Program-made: the position numbers and the translations under genes
Assembly (NCBI GenBank): GCA_013697055.1
Contig: JACCXK010000142.1
Span: forward strand, 1,651 to 65,650
Reading direction: 5' to 3'
DNA length: 64,000 nt
From: Alphaproteobacteria bacterium
Lineage (GTDB): Bacteria; Pseudomonadota; Alphaproteobacteria; Micropepsales; Micropepsaceae
Notes under the pieces: generated by a model
What the model saw: the letters and a program-made list of their open reading frames with translations, nothing else
What the model was told of the DNA's origin: nothing
The model's database searches: none
In this document: piece by piece, positions 7,914-17,086 of the stretch
Position numbering within the stretch: position 1 is the first letter of the stretch
Layout of the letters: each line of letters starts with the position of its first letter

Positions 7914-8855
7914 ATGCAAAGACGCAATTTCCTCAAACTGGCCGCAGCCGCCCCGGCCATTGCACCTGCCCTGACGACACAGGCCGAGGCGCAGCCGGTC
8001 CAGTCTGTCTGCCTGCCGGGCTGGTCCTCAATTCCCTTGCGGAAAGCCAATAAGGTCGAGGTTCTGTATAAGACCGCGCACGGCCAGCCTAATGGCTTGG
8101 CGATCGCCTCCACGCCCGGGCAGATGTGGGTCTTGGACCAGGGCGCAGGGCACTGGATCACGCTGACCAATGTCAAAGACGGCTCTACGGTGCGTGAGTT
8201 CCAGGCGGACGTGGTCGGTCCCAGCGGACTAGTGCAGGACGGCGAAACGATGTGGATCACCTCCACCCACAATTCCATCATCGTGCATTGCGACCTGAGC
8301 GGCAAAACAATCGCCAAGTATGTGACGCCGGGCGCGGGCCGCATCTATGAGCGCGAGGACGATCCCAAGCCGCGCCGCTCGCCGCTCAAGCCCGCCTGGC
8401 CGGATATGCCGCGCGGCATTGGCCCCGCCATGACCGGCAATGTCGGCAACAATACTGGTAAGGGCCTGCCACCCGGCCACCTTCCGCTGGATGCCGAAGA
8501 AGGCTCCGGTGGCACCGGCGCGCATGCCATCATTCTAGACGGGGATTATCTCATCTATGCCTGCCCCCCGGCGCGTGCCATCTTCACCATTAATAAAAAT
8601 ACTTGGAAGGTTAAGTCGAGCTGGCCAGTGCCGGGCAACCGCACGCATGGAATGAGCTGGGGTAAGGACCATTCGACAATTTGGTCGTCGGACTCCAACC
8701 TCAATGCCTTTTTCCGCCATGATGCCGCAACCGGCATGATCAAGGAGCGGGTGCAGCTCCCCGATGACTCGCCAGTCATTCACGGAGCAAAGATGGTGGG
8801 CGACGACATGTATTTCTGCGACGATATGGGCTGGATGGCACGTTTTCGCATCTGA
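7914..8855 (+). CDS. Tat-signal periplasmic beta-propeller-like protein, paralog of 6991..7890 (313 aa)
   Basis: MQRRNFLKLAAAAPAIAPALTTQAEA is a Tat-type signal. Blade-like motifs are present (GQMWVLDQ, GETMWITST, DYLIYACP, DDMYFCDD). The length and layout match the upstream gene. Confidence 0.7.
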   Translation: MQRRNFLKLAAAAPAIAPALTTQAEAQPVQSVCLPGWSSIPLRKANKVEVLYKTAHGQPNGLAIASTPGQMWVLDQGAGHWITLTNVKDGSTVREFQADVVGPSGLVQDGETMWITSTHNSIIVHCDLSGKTIAKYVTPGAGRIYEREDDPKPRRSPLKPAWPDMPRGIGPAMTGNVGNNTGKGLPPGHLPLDAEEGSGGTGAHAIILDGDYLIYACPPARAIFTINKNTWKVKSSWPVPGNRTHGMSWGKDHSTIWSSDSNLNAFFRHDAATGMIKERVQLPDDSPVIHGAKMVGDDMYFCDDMGWMARFRI

Positions 8856-8924
8856 CCCGTCCGTGCGCGTCCCGGTCCCCCTGGCCGGGACGCCGCTCGC
8901 TTTCCTGGCGATTAGTTGGGCCGT

Positions 8925-9755
8925 TCATAGTGCAACGGCGAGTCCGGCTGCGCGCGAATGTTTGCGCTTTTGAAAGGGACGGGACTTAAGGTCCGGATCG
9001 AGCGGAAAAACCTTGCGCTCCAACAGGGCCGCCGCCGCCAGCAGCGCATTACGAACCTCTTTCTGGCGTTCGTCCGTCATGAGTTCTGCATGGTCGCTTG
9101 CCGACAGCGCCGCGACCGTGCGCCTCTCGCCGTCATGAATCGGCACCGCCAGGCAGCGCATGTCGAGACGGATCTCGCAATTGTCCACCGCATACCCGTG
9201 TTTTCTCGCCCGGTCCAGTTCCAGGCGTAGTTGCGCGCGGTCGGTAATCGTGTGCGGCGTCAGTGCCACCAAATCACCGTCGAGGATGACGCCGTCGAGC
9301 TGGTCCGGGGGCAGCGCCGCAAGCAGTACCTTGCCGATGCCTGAGCAATAAGCTTCCAGCTGCGAACCGGGAAGTGTGTGTAGCGCCAGCGATGTGGGCG
9401 TGCAGACTTTGGCGATATAAGTGACCATGCCTCCTTCCAGTATTCCCAGATGCATGGTGAGGTTAAGGCGGTTGGCCACCTCCATCATGATTTCCTGGCT
9501 AGCCTCGCGCAACAAGTCTCCGATCGCCACATTTTGTGACAGCGACACTAGCAGCATACCGGGCCGATAGCGGCCTCGCGGACCGCGTACCACGGCGCCG
9601 ATTTGCGCCAAAGTCTGGATTATGCGGTAGCCGGAGGCTTCGGGCAGTTTGGCCCTCCTGCTCAGTTCGGAACTCGTTAGCCACTCGTCCGGACTGTGAA
9701 AGGACTTCAGGACCGCAAATCCCTTCAGTACGGACTGGTTTTTAGGTGTCGCCAT
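8925..9755 (-). CDS. IclR-family transcriptional regulator
   Basis: N-terminal wHTH (VLKGFAVLKSFHSPDEWLTSSELSRRAKLPEASGYRIIQTLAQIGAVV) plus a C-terminal IclR effector domain. It starts 9 nt after the aldolase gene on the same strand. Confidence 0.9.
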   Translation of the reverse strand: MATPKNQSVLKGFAVLKSFHSPDEWLTSSELSRRAKLPEASGYRIIQTLAQIGAVVRGPRGRYRPGMLLVSLSQNVAIGDLLREASQEIMMEVANRLNLTMHLGILEGGMVTYIAKVCTPTSLALHTLPGSQLEAYCSGIGKVLLAALPPDQLDGVILDGDLVALTPHTITDRAQLRLELDRARKHGYAVDNCEIRLDMRCLAVPIHDGERRTVAALSASDHAELMTDERQKEVRNALLAAAALLERKVFPLDPDLKSRPFQKRKHSRAAGLAVAL

Positions 9756-9764
9756 AGTTTTCCC

Positions 9765-10805
9765 TCAGGCTTGTTGGACCTTGCCGGCGACCCGCGCGAT
9801 GTCTAGCGCGACGTCAGTTATCATGTCTTCCTGACCGCCAACCATTCGTCTTCGGCCCAGTTCTACCAGAATATCACGGGTATCGACGCCATAATCGTGG
9901 CTGGCTCTTTCCGCGTGGCGCAGAAACGAAGAATAAACCCCCGCATAACCCAGGCTGAGGGTTTCCCGGTCCACGCGCACAGGGCGGTCCTGCAAGGGCC
10001 GCACTAGGTCCTCCGCCGCATCCATCAGGCCGAACAGGTCGCAGCCGTGGTTCCATCCCTTGCGGTTAGCGGCAGCGATAAAGACTTCCAGTGGCGCATT
10101 GCCAGCGCCTGCGCCCATGCCAGCCAGGCTGGCATCGACACGCACCGCGCCCGTTTGCGCAGCAACAATGGAGTTAGCGACGCCCAGCGAAAGATTGTGA
10201 TGGGCGTGCACGCCGCGCTCAGTCTCGGGCCGCAGTGTCCTGTCATACGCTTCCAGCCGGGCGCGATACCCGTCCATGTCCAACGAGCCGCCACTGTCGG
10301 TGACATAGACACAGTGTACGCCATAGTCCTCCATCTGCTTGGCCTGCGCGGCCAGCGGCCCGGGTTCGGCCATGTGGCTCATCATCAAAAAGCCTGATAC
10401 ATCCATCCCCAGCTTGCGGGCGAACCCGATATGCTGCTTCGCGATGTCCGCTTCGGTGCAGTGGGTGGCGATGCGTACCGAGACCACCCCCATGTCGAAG
10501 GCCCGGTGTAAATCTTCTACTGTGCCGATACCGGGGAGTAGCAGCGTCGTGAGCCGCGCGCGTGTGATTACCTTGCCGGCGGCCGCTATCCAGTCCCAGT
10601 CGGTATGGGCGCCGAAACCGTAATTAAAAGACGAGCCGCTGAGCCCGTCACCATGGGCGACTTCAATCGCATCCACCCCCGCTTCGTCGAGCGCACGGGC
10701 GATGCGCGCGATGTGTTCGATGCCGTACTGGTGGCGGATGGCATGCATACCGTCACGCAGGGTCACGTCTTGGATATAAAGACGGCCGCTGGTGGGATCG
10801 AACAT
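9765..10805 (-). CDS. dmpG: 4-hydroxy-2-oxovalerate aldolase
   Basis: [19 protein letters not shown]...[10 protein letters not shown]...[12 protein letters not shown]... is the DmpG/MhpE/BphI pattern. The start overlaps the stop of the upstream dehydrogenase gene (cTGATGttc). Confidence 0.95.
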   Translation of the reverse strand: MFDPTSGRLYIQDVTLRDGMHAIRHQYGIEHIARIARALDEAGVDAIEVAHGDGLSGSSFNYGFGAHTDWDWIAAAGKVITRARLTTLLLPGIGTVEDLHRAFDMGVVSVRIATHCTEADIAKQHIGFARKLGMDVSGFLMMSHMAEPGPLAAQAKQMEDYGVHCVYVTDSGGSLDMDGYRARLEAYDRTLRPETERGVHAHHNLSLGVANSIVAAQTGAVRVDASLAGMGAGAGNAPLEVFIAAANRKGWNHGCDLFGLMDAAEDLVRPLQDRPVRVDRETLSLGYAGVYSSFLRHAERASHDYGVDTRDILVELGRRRMVGGQEDMITDVALDIARVAGKVQQA

Positions 10806-11758
10806 CAGCCCGCCCTCTGCGCCAGCCTGCGCGCCGCGATCTTCTCGGCGACGCGCAAGCCCGCCGAGGTCATGATGTCGAGATTGCCGGCATAGGCGGG
10901 CAGGTAATGCGCAGCGCCCTCCACTTCAAGGAAGACGCTGCTCTTGATGCCTTCGAACTCGCCGACGCCGGGAATCGTGATGGGGTTGTTGGAGCCGAAG
11001 CGCTCGAACTGCACTTTCTGCTTCAAGCGATAGCCGGGAACCCAGGTCTGCACGCGGCTCACCATGTCCTCAATGGAATGCTCGATCTCCTTTTCGGAAG
11101 CGCCCTGGGACAGTGTATAGACAGTGCCACGCATCATCATGGGGGGGTCGGCAGGGTTGAGCACGATGATGGCTTTTCCCCTTTTCGCACCCCCGACTTT
11201 TTCGATGCCCTGGGCTGTGGTCTGGGTAAATTCGTCGATATTGGCGCGGGTCCCGGGCCCGGCCGAGCGCGAGGCGATTGAGGACACGATCTCGCTATAT
11301 GGCACTGTGGCGACGCTGCTGACTGCAGCGACAATGGGAATGGTGGCCTGTCCGCCGCAAGTCACCATGTTGACGTTCGGAGCGTCGAGATGGGCGTCAC
11401 CATTCACTTCTGGAATTACATAAGGACCGATGGCTGCCGGCGTGAGATCGATGATCGCCTTGCCGGCCGCGGCGCAGGCATCGCTGTGGCGACGGTGCGC
11501 GGCGGCGCTGGTGGCGTCGAATACGATGTCGATGTCGGCGAATACGGGCATGCGGCGCAGGCCATCGAAGCCGTCTGCGGTCACGGCCACACCCAGACGG
11601 GTGGCCCGTTGGAGACCCTCCGACTGGGCTTCAATGCCGACCAGCGCCGCCATCTCCAGCAAGGGAGAAGTACGCAGAATCTTGATCATCAGGTCAGTGC
11701 CGATATTCCCCGATCCGATAATGGCTACCTTGAGCTTTCCGGCCGGCGTCATGGCCAT
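10805..11758 (-). CDS. dmpF: Acetaldehyde dehydrogenase (acetylating)
   Basis: [26 protein letters not shown]...[13 protein letters not shown]... is the DmpF/MhpF pattern. I prefer the ATG at 11758, which is preceded by AGAGGAAG. The track ORF extends to 11809. Confidence 0.93.
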   Translation of the reverse strand: MAMTPAGKLKVAIIGSGNIGTDLMIKILRTSPLLEMAALVGIEAQSEGLQRATRLGVAVTADGFDGLRRMPVFADIDIVFDATSAAAHRRHSDACAAAGKAIIDLTPAAIGPYVIPEVNGDAHLDAPNVNMVTCGGQATIPIVAAVSSVATVPYSEIVSSIASRSAGPGTRANIDEFTQTTAQGIEKVGGAKRGKAIIVLNPADPPMMMRGTVYTLSQGASEKEIEHSIEDMVSRVQTWVPGYRLKQKVQFERFGSNNPITIPGVGEFEGIKSSVFLEVEGAAHYLPAYAGNLDIMTSAGLRVAEKIAARRLAQRAG

Positions 11759-12053
11759 GCTTCCTCTTCTGTTTTTGTTGCCAGAATAGGGGCGGCCGGA
11801 GGGATTCAAAGTCGCGACAGAGCAATCCTCTCACTAGTTGAGAGGTGCGCAGCCTCTGCCTGCCCTCTCCGGGATCGCATGGAAGCCGCGCCGGTAGAGA
11901 ATGCCGTTGTCTTGAGCTCTGGCCTGCCGCCCTGCCGGGGATAACGATCAGCCCCTACCGATAGGGAGGCCTCTAATACGCGAGGCCCTCACTTTCCACC
12001 GCATGCACCGGCTGGTGGGCTCCACGCAGGTTCAGGTTAGTCTGCCAGCCTGA

Positions 12054-12779
12054 ATTTCGTGTTTCTTTGCCGAGGCGACGCGTCCCACGATGCGGTTCGT
12101 CGCTATCAAGGGACCCGAGCAGCAGGCGGCGCTCGCGTTGCACCGCACACGGGACCTGTTCGTCAAACAGCGCACCCAACTGGTCAACATGATCCGCAGC
12201 CTGCTGGCGGAGTTCGGCATTGAGATCCGGCGCGGCATCGAGCAGGCGCTGACGCTCGCCAAGCGCATCGCTGCGGGCGCGGTGCCGGACATACCGCCCC
12301 TGGCCGCAAAGGTGATCGCAGGCCTAGCCGGGCAAGTCCTGGACCTGCAGGCCCGGCTGGGGGAGATCGAGCGCGAACTGCTGGCCTGGCATCGCGCGAA
12401 CGACATCTCCAAGCGGCTTGCGACGATCCCGGGGGTCGGAACGGTGTGCGCCACAGCGCTTGCGGCCTCTGTCACCGACCCGCATCAGTTCCGGTCCGGG
12501 CGGCAGTTCGCCGCCTGGCTGGGCCTGACCCCATTACAGCATTCCAGCGGCGGCAAAGAGCGGCTGGGGCGGATCTCGAAGATGGGCGACAAATACCTGC
12601 GGCGGCTTCTCGTCGTTGGCATGACCTCGCTGATCCGGCGCGCCAAGTATAAGCCCGAAGCCGTCGATCCCTGGCTCGCCGACCTGTTGTCGCGCAAGCC
12701 GGCCCGTCTGGTCACGGTCGCGCTCGCCAACAAGGCGGCGCGTGTGGTCTGGGCGATCATGGCGCGCGGCGGCACTTAG
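12054..12779 (+). pseudogene. IS110-family transposase remnant, 5'-truncated (N-terminal catalytic domain missing)
   Basis: ...RPTMRFVAIKGPEQQAALALHRTRDLFVKQRT...TIPGVGTVCATALAASVTDPHQFRSGRQFAAWLGLTPLQHSSGGKERLGRISKMGDKYLRRLLV... is the C-terminal IS110 transposase module. An in-frame stop at 12051 cuts off the roughly 100-aa N-terminal domain. I saw no terminal repeats. Confidence 0.8.
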
Positions 12780-12834
12780 CGGACGCGCTATCTTGATGGA
12801 GAGATGATGTCTCGCCGGTTTTTTCCAGGAAGGG

Positions 12835-13740
12835 TCAGCGGGGCTTAGCTGTGGCGCGCTGTAGGATAGTTTCACTATCGATGCGCCAGCCCAGGTCGAC
12901 GCTGATCATGCGCGCGGTCGTGCGCACTTCCTCCGCCAGATCCTGCATGCGGGCGTCGCTCATGTATTGCGCGGCGCTGCTAACGCTGACCGCGCCTACG
13001 ATCGCGTCGCTGGTGTCGCGCACCGGAGCGGCGACGCAGCGGATGCGGTCTTCGTTTTCTTCCAGATCCAGCGCACAGCCGGCACGGACATAGTCGTGCA
13101 TGCGGTGAAGCCAGACGTTGAGGGAAACCTCATAGGGCTTGCCCTCGCTATTCTCATATTCGTAAAGCTCGCGCCAGCGCGTTTCGGTCTCGTCCATGAT
13201 TAGAGCCTTGCCGAGGCCGGTAGAACGTAAGGGCTGCCGCTCGCCGACGCGTGAGCTGATTTCCACGCGGCGGCTGCCAGAAATTTTGTCAAGGTAAAGG
13301 GCCCGTCGACCGTCCAGGACGCCAAGGTGCACTGTGTCGCCGGTTGTCGCGGCCAGGGCTTCAATATGATCGCGCGCCACGCGGGCTAGGCTCAACTGCG
13401 TGTGGGCCTGGAAACCAAGTTCGAGCAGCTTGGGGCCCAGCGCATAACCGACGCGCGGGGCAAAGCTTAGATAGCGCCGGCCGACCAGGGTGGCGGCGAG
13501 GCGGTGCGTCGTGCTGCGGTTGAGGTCGAGCGCCTCGGCCAAGGCGGCCAAGTTTGTCGCGCCGCTCGCCACCGCTTCCAGGACATCGAGCCCCCGGATC
13601 AGGGTTTGGCTGCCGGGCAGGCTCTTTGGCGTCACGGTTTCGGAGGCCAAAGCGCCCCGGTCGGCGGAAGCAGGTTTACGCTTCTTCGCAACTTTTTTCT
13701 CGAACGGCCGAGACGCCACGAGCTCGCTTGCATCTGTCAT
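12835..13740 (-). CDS. IclR-family transcriptional regulator
   Basis: QTLIRGLDVLEAVASGATNLAALAEALDLNRSTTHRLAATLVGRRYL is a wHTH. An IclR-type effector domain follows (GERQPLRSTGLGKALI..., CVAAPVRD). Confidence 0.9.
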   Translation of the reverse strand: MTDASELVASRPFEKKVAKKRKPASADRGALASETVTPKSLPGSQTLIRGLDVLEAVASGATNLAALAEALDLNRSTTHRLAATLVGRRYLSFAPRVGYALGPKLLELGFQAHTQLSLARVARDHIEALAATTGDTVHLGVLDGRRALYLDKISGSRRVEISSRVGERQPLRSTGLGKALIMDETETRWRELYEYENSEGKPYEVSLNVWLHRMHDYVRAGCALDLEENEDRIRCVAAPVRDTSDAIVGAVSVSSAAQYMSDARMQDLAEEVRTTARMISVDLGWRIDSETILQRATAKPR

Positions 13741-13974
13741 GAGTCCCTGTTCGAAAATTTAGCCGTAGGTGCCGCGTCGTCGATCCGGGCCGTCAAGCCA
13801 TGGATCCTTAGAACATCAGAAAACTTAACGCAGCGGACAGCAGTTTTCAACATATGAGACGCGCGTGAATCAACGGGCAAAGCAGAAACAAGTCCCGATT
13901 GGGTGGAGACCATCCTGAGTATCTTCGCCGATCAATCGACTGCGAGGTTTAAGGGTTAACGCCCGCAGATTAAC

Positions 13975-16900
13975 TTACATGTTCAATCTGATGCCGACGC
14001 GATACATGCGGCCGGCGGTGTCATACAGGACGGGGTTGACGGCGTTGCTGTTAGCGGCCGTTGCGGCGACCGCTGGCGGATCGACGTTGGTGACATTGTC
14101 GATCTTGCCGAAGAGCTGCCAGTTTTCGTTCAGGTTAAAGCTACCGCCGATGCCGAGATAGAAGGCACCGGGGATGAAGTTGTTGTTGATCGTAGGATTG
14201 TTGGCGGTCGGGAGTGGGCAGCCGGTGCTGCATTGGATATATTGCTTATTCAGGACACCGTCGCTGATGACCTGCTCGGTTGCCGTGATGCTCCATCGGT
14301 CGGTACTATAGGTCTGAACCGCGAGTCCCTTCCACAAAGGCGTATTGCCGCTATTGGCGCCGGCAGATTGCTGCGGGAAGGTGCCCAGAACGCCGGACGT
14401 CGTCTTGAACGAACTCACATGGGTGGCCAGCATCCGCAGCGTGAAGTTGCCGGGAAGACCCAGGTCGTCCAGCGTGAAGCGGTAGCTCGCTTCCATGTCG
14501 AAACCGTCGGTGACCGTGGAGGCCAAGTTGAAGGCGGTCGAAATCGCCTGGGTTACGACGGTTGACGTAGAGGCAAGGTTGCCGTTCGGCGGGCTAGTGA
14601 TGATCGCGGCGCAGGCGGTGCTCGTGCCCTGGAAGCAAAGATCGAAGCTCTGTTGCGCGGCGAAGCTACTAATCTGGCCCTTCAGTGCGATGCGATAGTA
14701 ATCGACCGACGCGCTGAAGCCCGAGAACCAGGAAGGCTGGTACACGATGCCGACTTCAGTGGTCTGCGATCTTTCCGGTTTCAGCGCCGTGTTGCCTCTG
14801 CTGATATTCTGGATCTGGAAGGGCGCCTGCGTGAAAGAGTTGATGACCGTACCGGTCGTGACTGTCTGGGCCGCGAACAGCTCGCTGAGATTGGGCGCGC
14901 GAATGTCGCGGGATTGCAGGGCGCGCAGGCGGACGCCGTCGATCGGCGTCTGCCAAGTCACACCCACCTTCCAGGTGTTGGCCGAACCGGACGTGCTGTA
15001 CTGGGCATGGCGGCCGGCTAGGTTCAGGTCAATGTCTCCCCAGCTGGCATCCTTCAGGAGCGGAACGACCGTTTCCAAGAAGCCCTCATTCACGTCGTAG
15101 CGGCCCGCACCACTAAAGAAGTTGCCGTTGAACCAGTTTCCGCCAGACACGCAGTTGAGGAGCGGGTCGTTGCAACCGGGACCGCCAGTGGAGACAGGAT
15201 CGCCGGTGACGGTATATTGTTCAACGCGATGCTCGAAGCCCACCGCGACCGAAACCGGGCCGGCCCAGGTGGAGAAGGGCGCGCCGTTCAGGTCAATGCT
15301 GAATGCGTCTTCCTGAAGCTGGGTATCCTGCAACGTGCCGCCGGCGGCGCCGTATTTGCCGCCATACAGCCAGTCGGTGGTCGACTGGGCCACCGGCACA
15401 TTGCCGAAGACGTTGTAAGGCACGCAGCCCTCGGCGCGGGCGACGGTGGAACGGCAGACGATGGTGCCGTTCGGACCGGCCACCGCATCGACAGCGGCAT
15501 TGAAGTAGGGATTGAGGAAGGTACGGACCCGGATGGTGGAATCCACTTCACCGTGTTCGAAATAGGTATTCCAGGTCCAGTCCGTGCCGATCAGGTTGAA
15601 GTTGCCGTCTGCGCCGCCCACGAAACGGCGCATCGTACGCGCTGTTTTGATCGTGGCGCCATCGTCGACCGCGCCATTGTCAGTGCCGATCTGGAAAGTG
15701 GTGATATTGTTGTTTACGCAGGCTTGGTTGATCGAGGCGGGCAAGTATGCGTTTCCGCCACCGGCCGCATTGCCGCACTGGATATTGAGACCGCCGAAGA
15801 TCGGGATGTTGCGCACCGAGCGGTTTGATGTCTTCGCGTCGCCGAAGTTGACCGTTGCGAACAGGTGGACGTTGTCCGTTAGGTCAAAGCCGACGCGGGA
15901 ATAGAGGTTAACGCGGCTCAGGGGACTGATGTCGGTGATGCCGCCACCAAAGACGCCGCTGGTGTCACCCCCGATGCAGAATGGCGCAAGGCAATTGGTC
16001 ACGGCACCGCCGGTCGTGGCCCTGCTGGGAACGCCCTGCAGGCCATTCGGCCCAACGCCGTACTGGAACGGGAATGGCGCGCCGCCGTCGCCAAAGGCGG
16101 TGCCCTGCAATGGACCGGTGGTGATGATCCCATATTTGCCCTGCAGGTATGGCTGGACGTTCTGCGCGACGGTGTATTGCGGAAGTCCTGCCGGCGTGGC
16201 GGCGATGCTGTATCGAAGCTGGCCCGTCGAGGAGAACCATTTGCGGCCACCGGGTCCGCGGGCCACGCCGTATTGGCCGGCGCCAACGCCCGCTTCATAG
16301 TCATATTCGCCCGAGACCTGGATCTGGCCGCGGCCGTTCAGGAAGGTCGTGCCGGCGGCCATCTGAAACAGGGCGTTCTCGTTGTCGCCATAGGTCGAGA
16401 TGCCGCCCTGAAGATTGCCCTTTAATCCGACGAATTTCTTGTCGGTGATGAAATTTACCACGCCGGTTATTGCATCGGAGCCCCAAGAGGCCGACGCGCC
16501 TCCCGTAACCACATCAACCCGTTGAACGAGCAGTTGCGGCAGCGAGCTCACATCCTGGACGCCCGTGACGTTCGACGGAACAATTCTCTGGCCATCAAAG
16601 AGCGTTAGCGTTCTGGTGGTACCCAGGCCGCGCATCGCGAAGGACGAAAGGCCGTTGGTGCCGCCGCCCGTTCCGCCGGTGCCGGTCGCAGTGCTCTGGC
16701 TGCCCATCAACGATGGCAATTGGGCTACGGCCGCGTAGATATTGGGCTGCGCCTGGGCGGCAATGTCGTCGGAACCGATAACGGTCGTCGGCGTCGGCGC
16801 TTGGAACCCGTCGCGGATAACGCGCGACGCGGAAACCGTGACGGCTTCGGTGTCCTGCGCCTTGGCCGTGCCGATCAGGGCCGGCGCGAAGCTGGCCATC

Positions 16901-16980
16901 AGCGCCGCGGTGCTGATGATGGTGAGGGTGGGATGTTTACAATGGCCAGGCGCTTTTGTGGTTGTAGTCCTAATAATCAT
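13975..16980 (-). CDS. TonB-dependent outer-membrane receptor (1001 aa)
   Basis: Signal-like N-terminus and plug motifs (VTVSASRV...TTVIGSDDI...RGLGTTRTLTLFDGQRIV...RVDVVTGGASASWGSDAITGVVNFITD), followed by a long barrel. Confidence 0.9.
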   Translation of the reverse strand: MIIRTTTTKAPGHCKHPTLTIISTAALMASFAPALIGTAKAQDTEAVTVSASRVIRDGFQAPTPTTVIGSDDIAAQAQPNIYAAVAQLPSLMGSQSTATGTGGTGGGTNGLSSFAMRGLGTTRTLTLFDGQRIVPSNVTGVQDVSSLPQLLVQRVDVVTGGASASWGSDAITGVVNFITDKKFVGLKGNLQGGISTYGDNENALFQMAAGTTFLNGRGQIQVSGEYDYEAGVGAGQYGVARGPGGRKWFSSTGQLRYSIAATPAGLPQYTVAQNVQPYLQGKYGIITTGPLQGTAFGDGGAPFPFQYGVGPNGLQGVPSRATTGGAVTNCLAPFCIGGDTSGVFGGGITDISPLSRVNLYSRVGFDLTDNVHLFATVNFGDAKTSNRSVRNIPIFGGLNIQCGNAAGGGNAYLPASINQACVNNNITTFQIGTDNGAVDDGATIKTARTMRRFVGGADGNFNLIGTDWTWNTYFEHGEVDSTIRVRTFLNPYFNAAVDAVAGPNGTIVCRSTVARAEGCVPYNVFGNVPVAQSTTDWLYGGKYGAAGGTLQDTQLQEDAFSIDLNGAPFSTWAGPVSVAVGFEHRVEQYTVTGDPVSTGGPGCNDPLLNCVSGGNWFNGNFFSGAGRYDVNEGFLETVVPLLKDASWGDIDLNLAGRHAQYSTSGSANTWKVGVTWQTPIDGVRLRALQSRDIRAPNLSELFAAQTVTTGTVINSFTQAPFQIQNISRGNTALKPERSQTTEVGIVYQPSWFSGFSASVDYYRIALKGQISSFAAQQSFDLCFQGTSTACAAIITSPPNGNLASTSTVVTQAISTAFNLASTVTDGFDMEASYRFTLDDLGLPGNFTLRMLATHVSSFKTTSGVLGTFPQQSAGANSGNTPLWKGLAVQTYSTDRWSITATEQVISDGVLNKQYIQCSTGCPLPTANNPTINNNFIPGAFYLGIGGSFNLNENWQLFGKIDNVTNVDPPAVAATAANSNAVNPVLYDTAGRMYRVGIRLNM

Positions 16981-17086
16981 AAGATCCCCCCGTTATCTGC
17001 TTATAGGCGCGCGAACGCCTCGCATTGTGGCCGTTCTTGGGCCATCTACCGATTATTGATACACCCTCTCACATGTTAATCAAGGA

